Assembly: GCA_976226885.1 (NCBI GenBank)
Contig: OZ320315.1
Span: 46,128,001 to 46,192,000, forward strand
From: Iphione sp. A-MEVVRFRX5
Lineage: Eukaryota
Reading direction: 5' to 3'
DNA length: 64,000 nucleotides
The notes under the pieces were generated by a model. The model saw only the letters and a list, made by a program, of their open reading frames with translations, did not search any database and was not told where the DNA came from. The translations under genes were made by a program, and so were the position numbers. Positions 52,501-61,500 of this stretch are shown piece after piece (the first letter of the stretch is position 1; the number at the start of each line of letters is the position of its first letter).

Positions 52501-55500
52501 CTTTTCCACTTGTTCTTTACAGCTGGGGGTTAACGGATATGCCTTTACCCTCGACAACAATGGACATATATTGTTTCATCCTGAGCTCAAACTGAAGGTA
52601 GGAATTCCGTTGAGTATCTCTTACAAAGAAGCCATACGTACATGTGCATGTCCTATTAGAAAAAATACACCCATTCATTGGACAGTGTTTATCATTGAAT
52701 TCTTATTGACCCACACTCTATCTTCTAATAGTGGGGAACGCATCACAGCCCGTACTTGGAAAGTATGCCGTTGCCTCTTCTAGAGCAAGGGACTGCGGGA
52801 ATAGAAGCGGTGAGTCTATTTATGTACACGGAGATGATGGAAGAGCGATGTTTTGAACGCAGTGCACATGAACATTGATAATTTTTTCTTGAACAAGTTT
52901 CTAATCGTGGAAATGATAGCGCACTAAAAGAACACATATGTAGTATCTTTCCCTCAATCAATATGACAAATGGACCTGTTCTTACATTTTAGGTCCATGA
53001 ACAAATGGTACAGAGGGAATCCGGGTCAAGATCCCTAGAAGCAACCATCATGTTTGATGGGCAGGTAGGTAAAACAAGCATAAAAAATTCATTTACTTTC
53101 TATATTAATTTCTAGTAATTTTTTTTCGAGTTATGTATACATGCACAGTTCAGCCCCGCTCAATCGGACCCCCCCCCCCCTCACAACAAACACCTTTACC
53201 TTCCAAAAATGAATTTTCCCTATATTTCATGTTTATTAAAATATAGCGCAAAACAGCCTCCGTCCACCGGTCCCCATACGTCTGAGCCATCTTGTTAATG
53301 ACACATATTTCGTTAGAATCCAGTTCGTTTCAACATATTAACATTTTGTCACTATATCAGTATTGTTTAACTGTATCCATATCAAATCAGTTTTTTAATC
53401 GTGACTTTCTCTTTATCTCCAGAGAAGGATTGCCAAGAGAATGCAGACATATTTTTTTGCCCCAGTGGAGAACACGCCGTACAGGTATTGTTTGTCACTG
53501 TTTTAAGCGAACCTAAAATCTTTGAACGTCAATCCGCAAGATAACAAAGCTAATGAGATAAGAGGGTTTAAAAGTCAAACAAATCATCTCATTTGAAAAT
53601 GAATAAAGGTTGAAACTACGCCATATAGTTTTCAAAATGAGATGAAAAAAGGCATACGTGGACTGATTAACTTTATGAACGGTCAGTTATCTGCATGCAT
53701 GAATTTAGAAAAAGATTTTGTCAGTTTTGTATTACATCGAAAACAATACCGATCTGATCATTAAATTTCTGTTTCCTTTTCCCGTCATAGTGTTGCCGTT
53801 GTGCTACCAGATGATTATGGCCAGAATTGGTTAGATGGGAGACGCAAAGTGGCTGATGTCGGTATGATTCAACTAAAGAAATACCCGTCAATTTCGGATA
53901 CCATATTTTCCTATATCTAACTATGGCTTAACTGGGGGAGGATTGCTCCCATTTTATTGGTAGTTTATAAAAGATAACTCTTTTCGAGAATCTGACCTCC
54001 GTTTTCACGAGTAGGATCGGACGATATTTATATTAATGTCCTTATTTTAGACCCCATTGTTTTGCATAATTAAATTATGGATCAGAGTTTAACCAACTTC
54101 TAAATTGCAGACCTGTCTTCATTTAAAACCAGCAAAGGCAAGCTAGCAACCTGGTGAGTGTCAATTTTAGAGTACATCTATAAAATCGTCAAATATCTTA
54201 ACAGACAATCAAATGAATGTAAAGGTGATAGTTCCTAACGGATACTATTATACCAAGTATGACTGTACATAAAACTTACGAAATACATCGGCAAAATATC
54301 ATATGCACTAATGGCAGGAACAGAAGGCAAACATCTCGAGCAAGGTTGACCTCTCTCGTCTGTTGGGATAACAGACTCGGTGCATTTGTCTGTTGATCCA
54401 GGTCCTACTGCCGAGTGACAGCCAACGATAGTCGACCTGACCCCCTGGAGACGGTCCTTCGGTACATGGACCACGGTCAAAACATGAGACCTGAGTATGC
54501 CACCAGGTGTAAGTACAGACACTTGTCATCACTGTGACTGTGACTAAACTTCTCAAAGTAAGGATAAGTACATGTATAAGAATGTTACCATTGCAATAAT
54601 TAGCATTCTCACCAGGTGTTTAGATATGCACATAACATCACTGTGATAACTGACATTCTCATCAGGTGCAAGTACGTGTATGTGTCATCACTGTGGTAAC
54701 TAAGCCTCTCTCACTAGGGGTAGGTACATGTACAAGTATGTTACCACCGTGATAATTAACCTTCTTGATGCTGTATGTACACACATATGACATCATTGTC
54801 ATGATAACTAAGCCTCTCTCACTAGGTGTAAGTGCATGTACAAGTAATCTACATACCACTGTGATAACTAACATTCTCACCAGGTGTACATATATGCACA
54901 TTACATCACCGTGATAACTATGCCTCTCTCACTAGGTGCAAGTACATGTACAAGTAATCTACATACCACTGTTATAACTAACGTTCTCTCACAAGATGTG
55001 CATTTGTGCTCATGTCATCACTGTTATTCCTAAACCTCTCTCACTAGATGTGAGTACATGTGCAGGTAATCTACATACCACCTAGCATTCTCTCACTGGA
55101 TGTACGCACATGCACATGTTACCACCGTACAGGCAACCATACTAGGGACTGGACAATTCTGCTGTCCCCCAGGGTTTGATACCATTAGGATATACATGTA
55201 TTTATATACAGATTTCCGCTTATTCGGGACTTGTAATGCTTGAGTTCTCTCCAAGTTTGGTCTTCCCTGTGATCTTATCCTTAAGGAGATGTAATCCTAT
55301 AAGCACATGTTCTGCTAATGTGATGTCTCAAGATCGTTCACTATGAATAAATACAAGTAAATGTAACACATACTACTGATAGCATACCCTAAGCTCTATG
55401 ACCAGGTGCGTAGAGATGTAACTATTATTCACGTACTACCCTGTAAAGACGAAAGTTCTCGCCATAGTGTTCATACAGGCACATACGCGCTATATTCCAC

Positions 55501-58500
55501 TGATGTGAGGACCAAAGCTCGTGTACATGGTTTAGCAGCAGGTGGAGATTTGGGAATGTTTTCGTTATATGTCGTATTATAACATGGATTGTGTGCAAAG
55601 TGGACAATCAAACAGAATATCAATAGGAAACTCAGTGGCTTGCATGTTTAACGTCATGTCAACAACTCGTAGGGCAGATGGTGGATTCATCAAGATGGGA
55701 CATTCCACGTCCTAGGTCTTGAGAGGTAGGGCAAGGATATTCAGATTAAAACAAACTCTCAACAGGATGACTGCTGTTTTTGTTCTCCGTTCTCGGACTC
55801 CCGGGGATTCACTATCTCTGTCATTTAACTTTAAGCACATGACACAACAAATTGGAATACTTTATTGTTTGGTCACACACATCACAATTTACAGGTAGGT
55901 GCATAGGGCCTACCTGCAACACATTTGCAGGTTGCCAAGTTTATAATTATCTTGATCTGTGGTGTTCCCAATAGCACCCAGAGAATATTTTGTTCAAGGT
56001 CCCTAAACTTCCATATCATGTAATAATCTAGCCATGTCTAAATGTTGGCGCAGTCAGCCTGTAGTAAATAATAATAAGGATATGTACAATTTAATCCAAT
56101 GGATGAAGTAGGCCTTATTTATATGTAAATCATCCTCGGGTTAAAGCAGATTCTCATACAGTCATTGTTAACACAGCTTTTATACTAAGGCCATACATGT
56201 GACTGATTTAATAAATAATTGATAAAATATATCACTGAGTACCTAATAGGCTGGTGCCATATACATGTAGACCAGTTGCCTCAGAGAAGAGAAGTGATAA
56301 CTTTAAGGTACCTTCAAAGAAGGCAAAGAAAGCACAAGGCTCATAATAGAGACGGTGGGTAGGATTTAGTTGACAAAAAGGTCACAGATACAGCAAAATT
56401 ACTCAGACCAGACAGTATACGTAGGTGACAGTAAAAGTGGGAATATACACAAGTACTTATAAATGTCAACACCTGTAACACGTGTATATGTTTAGGGCAA
56501 ATTTAAATGATATCAACCTCGTCAACCGTCATTCTATTGTCCACTTTCTTCAGAGTGCGTGTAATTGCATATATACTGCCCATGTCTGTTATGAAAGTAG
56601 ATTTCACATATACATGCAATCGTATGTGGGTCATAAATGGAAGTATAGTATTTTTTCCTTATTGTATAAATGATGACATTTGAAGTGATAGATTGCCAGT
56701 GGAAAAGAAAACTGAGACTGAAAGAGAAAATGATGAAGGACTGCTTATCATCACTCATGGTAGTCGTGTTTGTTTCCAGGTGACATGGAGCTAATGGAGA
56801 GCTTACTATTCGATTCTCAAGCAACACGAGCAGCTCAGAATTTTTGGCTCAAAGACGCCATGCTCGACCATGACTTCACTGTTCCTGCACCACCTCAGCC
56901 TAAGTAAGTTGTTCCAAAGCAATTGTTTTAACTGAAGTCGAACACTTTTATAAAATCTTGAGTTTGTGTATGTAAGCATATACAGTTGCAATCCTATTTT
57001 CAACTGCATCCATTTACGACCAAATTGCATGGCTATAGCGACCATTTGAGCTGGAAACAGAAATATTGTCCTTACATAATCAACATTCCAAATCATCTAT
57101 TTCTGACCAAATCAATTTGCGACCGGTTTCAGCCAATGACTACACTGTCTAGTACTAGTTCTATCGTATTTTAATACCTATTTGTGACCATTTGAAGTGC
57201 AACTTGGCCCACTTGGTGTAGAGGTCATATTAACCACTTTTTGGACATTTACTCATCAATTTAACACTTTTTTTTATCCTTACTCGTCAAATTTACCACT
57301 TTCAAACTTTTACTCATCAAATTCAGCACTTTTTGGACCCTTACTATTCAAATTTACCACTTTTAGAACTTTTACTCATCAAATTCAGCACTTTTTGGAG
57401 GGAGAAGGGGATATTGTTTCCAAGCTGGACTCCCTCCCAAATTGATTTCCGACCATTCTTGCTATTATGACCATTTGAGCTTGGACCAGAGTGGTGGTTG
57501 GAGTGGTGGTTGGTTTCGACTGTATACATATGTCTCTCTCTATATATATATGATTGAATATCACGATGCAGAAAGCCCTCCTCTCTGAACCAACAGCTTC
57601 ACACTTTTGATCATGGCCTCATCGTGATACTATTTTACACTTATGTGTAGTGTCCATGAATAGCTTTTTCCTCTAAGTTTATCTACCACGGAGAGGATAG
57701 TCCATAAAATGAGAGATTGAGCAGTATCTGTTCTCGTTTTATGGACCATCTCCCAACCGTCCAGTATGTGTACATTACCAACCAAATACCAGCCCTTATA
57801 GCCTAAGTTCTGTAGATTAATCATCCAGCATACTTTGTGATTAGACCAGAGTGCAAAGTGCATATTCAGTGCAAATCCTACTTCGGGACACAGCTCCACA
57901 GGTTCACTTTTGTGAAGAACAGACTAAATCTCGTGTATATTAAAAGGAGTGGGATCACTTGGTAAGAGTACTGACTAGCACTGGTCCACTGATTGAGAGG
58001 TTGCAGGTTTAATTCTGAGCCTAGGACTCTTGATCATGACCAGATGGATTTACTGTAGCCCCTACCCAGAGGGGTCCACAACTTGTAACAAAGGCCATGG
58101 GTATATAGGATTCTCTCCCCTATGTACAAAAAGACCTCAGAGAACTGTTCAAAATAGTAGGGAGCAACCCCAGGTATTCTGGTCTCTCAATTCCTAATAA
58201 AACAAGATAGTATGCTACCCCAGGAGGGTGTGGAAGAGCAGCTATAAGATAGCTGAAAATCTAGTTCATAAAGATACAATGAAAATGAAATGAAAAAAGA
58301 AATTTCTAATAGGAACATGCCTCAATTGGGGACAGTTTGAGAAAGAACCAAGGGTGCCCTGGTTAAAGACTGTCCACTGTATATTTAAGCATTGATCTCA
58401 GCACTGTTCTTTGGAAACAAATCTGTATTTTCGTGACAAAGACTAATACAATGTATTCATATCATAACACATCACTAAGAAATTATTCTTCTTCAGGCAC

Positions 58501-61500
58501 GGCATAGAAAGTACATTCGTCGGAACTAAAGCCGGATTTACGCGTTATTTCTCACTCAGTGAAAACTTTACTGATGCGTAAGTAAGCAGGAGTTGCTTAG
58601 TCGTCTGGGCAGACCCACCCTTATTTACAAAATATTCTGAACAGATGGTAACTTAAAACAGCTGTTGGACAGTAAACATTTTAACGTGTATCCTAGTTTC
58701 AAAATGATGTCACGTTTCATACTGTCTGTTTGCGATCAAATTCAGTCTGCTTAAATTTTTAGTCTAAATAACGTGGTCAAATAGTGATTGTTCATCTGAG
58801 CAATCATGGCGGATTATGGTCATTTCAATTTTCATTCCTGAGTTTTTGGTAGCATTTCAATCAGATACAATCAAATATGAGATCTGTTCAAGTTTCTTAA
58901 TGAAGAAGAAAATAATTAAATGTGACTCATAATTGCAGTGTAAATAAAGTCAAGGTTGTCATGATTCAGCATTTCTATGCCCTTTCTGGAGACCTAAAAC
59001 GTGCGTGATTTGCCTTTGACAGCGCCTTTATGGTGGGACAGCTGAATACGGTACAGGAGGTCTACTATCAGCGGTCAGCAGACAGCTCGCATTTTGTCTT
59101 CACTGTGCCACACCAAACAGGTATATCTACAGATTAACATTCCAAGCACAGCTTGCTTTATTGGCAAACGCCATAACAGAGGAGCAGACAAACAAATCTT
59201 GCATGTGTAAGGGTTATTTTATTCACTTTGGTGGGAAGGATGGATAGCACTTGATTCTTATCCTTTTGTTTTCTGGGTTAGGCGGTGTTCACATACATCC
59301 TGATTTTTACGTTCCACATCCGGACCTGGGGACGGATTTGTATCCAGCCTGCTGTCACCACTATAGGCATTCACATACATACAGATACATGTATTTCTGG
59401 ACCTGGACCCGGACACGGATTTCCATAGAACGCAATGTTGAAGGGACAAGTGCAGACCATATGGAGGCAATTATCATCAGGAAACAGTGGGGGGTACCTC
59501 CGCTCCCACATCCGGGGACAGATTTTTTGCCAGGATGTATGTGAAAAGCGCCTTATAAGAGATTTAAACAGTATGCAGTATAAACTGCTACTACGAGCCA
59601 CAACGATGCCATTCACAGTAAAGTTAACGTGTATACTACCTTTGGATGTTGCATGTTGAGTAAAGAAATGAATCTTTGTAGGCTGATCTGTTACTTTTCT
59701 CTTGGAATCAGGTTTTAGTTTGGTTGCAGTATTTTCTCATCCAAAGTTGCATTCCTAGTATTATGTAATGAATAGGACTGCGATCAACTACTTTCGTCCT
59801 CTATGGTCTCCAAAATACTAATATTTGACCTGCTCCACCAAAAAAGAGCAAAATGGAGAGCCACCTTAGGAACACAATTATTCCCATTCGGAATAAATAC
59901 CCCTGATACAGACACCTTTGAGAAGAAATGATTGTATTTGCCATAATATTATATTAAGAGAAGTATCTAATAGGGTCACGTCCAAATTAAGGACAGTTTA
60001 AGAAAGAACCATGAGTGTCTGATTACAGGTGTCCAACTGTGTCTTATCTTGACATACGCATGTTTTGAGTAAATTGATAATTTTATGCATCGTAATGCGT
60101 TCAAGAAGTTTAACAAAAACCCATCAAAAGCAAATCTTAAAATAGTGACGCAATATTATGTATACAGGATGTGACATAATAATTATGTGCTGATCCCTCA
60201 TGTATGATTATCAAAACATATTTTGAATAATAATATGCCTTTAAAAGTAAATTTTGCTCATATTGTTAATTTCCTACCTGTGAAGGGTCGCTACCTTGGT
60301 TGAGCAGGTCACATATTTATTTTTGGTCACATTGTTATGAACAGTATAGAGCTTTGCACATTTGTACAGGCGATTCTTGTCTGCAAACCGAATGCTGTCT
60401 ACTTACTCCTCTACATGATCCCCTCCTGACCTTTTGAAAGAAATTGTTTTGATAGGTATAAATGTTTGCGACCCCTCCCCCCCTCGTTCTCACCAGTTTG
60501 CGTATATAAATATGACATTTTCTCCCAATCAAGGCAAACGCACTTCCTCCGACCAGCCACCGTTAGTAACAATCACGAAGTCTTTGGTCATGTCCCAGCA
60601 TGGCATGGAGAACATAGCTGCTGTTGTTGGTCTCCAGATGAAATATGAGAATCTTTATGACATCTTCATCAATGCGACTGGTATTTGCCCAGAGGGCGTC
60701 GACCCCTGTCCACCCACCTGTGAAAGTCCTGTAAGTTGCCATAAATTCCTGTTGTGTTATCGCGAAGCGTCTGTGGCACTATGAGCAATACTGCAGAACA
60801 GGCGTTTAACTGAAACTTTCAGCTGTAGAATTCTGCATGACGAGTTTCTCTCCGTAGGATGTCAATTTGTTGTCCGAAACCGATATTTTTTTCCAGGAGC
60901 TGGACTGTTTTCTTCTCGATGAGAACGGTTACGTTGTATTATCGGACATAACATGGGAGGTAAGCTTCTAGAAATGAAATACAATAGACATAAAATTAGT
61001 GCTTAGTGGTGGACCTTGAGAGAGGCCTTTTCAAACCTTCATCTCCTTATTACTTCATCTCTATTAACTTATTTTTTCCTTCCTAAATTTTATGAAATGT
61101 ATCACTCGTTCTACACAGATTCCCTGGAAGAGCTCTATGAATCGACTTTGTATTCAATGAGATGTGAATAAACAGCTTTGTCTTCGTATTCATAAACATT
61201 AACGACCTTCTGCCCTAAGGTTTGGAATGTGTTCACAAAATAAATATATATGCAATGCAATTATTAAATCAAATTTAGCCTACATGATACAAGCAAGGTG
61301 TGCCATGATTACTTGACAGGTTGGGAAATTTTTCGGGGAACTGGATGGAACCCTGATGTCGGCACTGATTCAATCAGGAACAACGGACAAGTATGGCCAC
61401 CAACAAGGAATATTTACAAGGTAAAGTCTATTGTTTACGGGTCTATTTTAATAGATATAGAACCAGTATAAATATTCGTATGGGCTGCCATATACATGTA

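Noticed and set aside
57228-57400. 30-bp repeats (and the 33-bp repeats at ~63075-63165) as a CRISPR-like array
   Set aside because: Units are directly adjacent without unique spacers, there are no cas genes, and the context is a eukaryotic intron.
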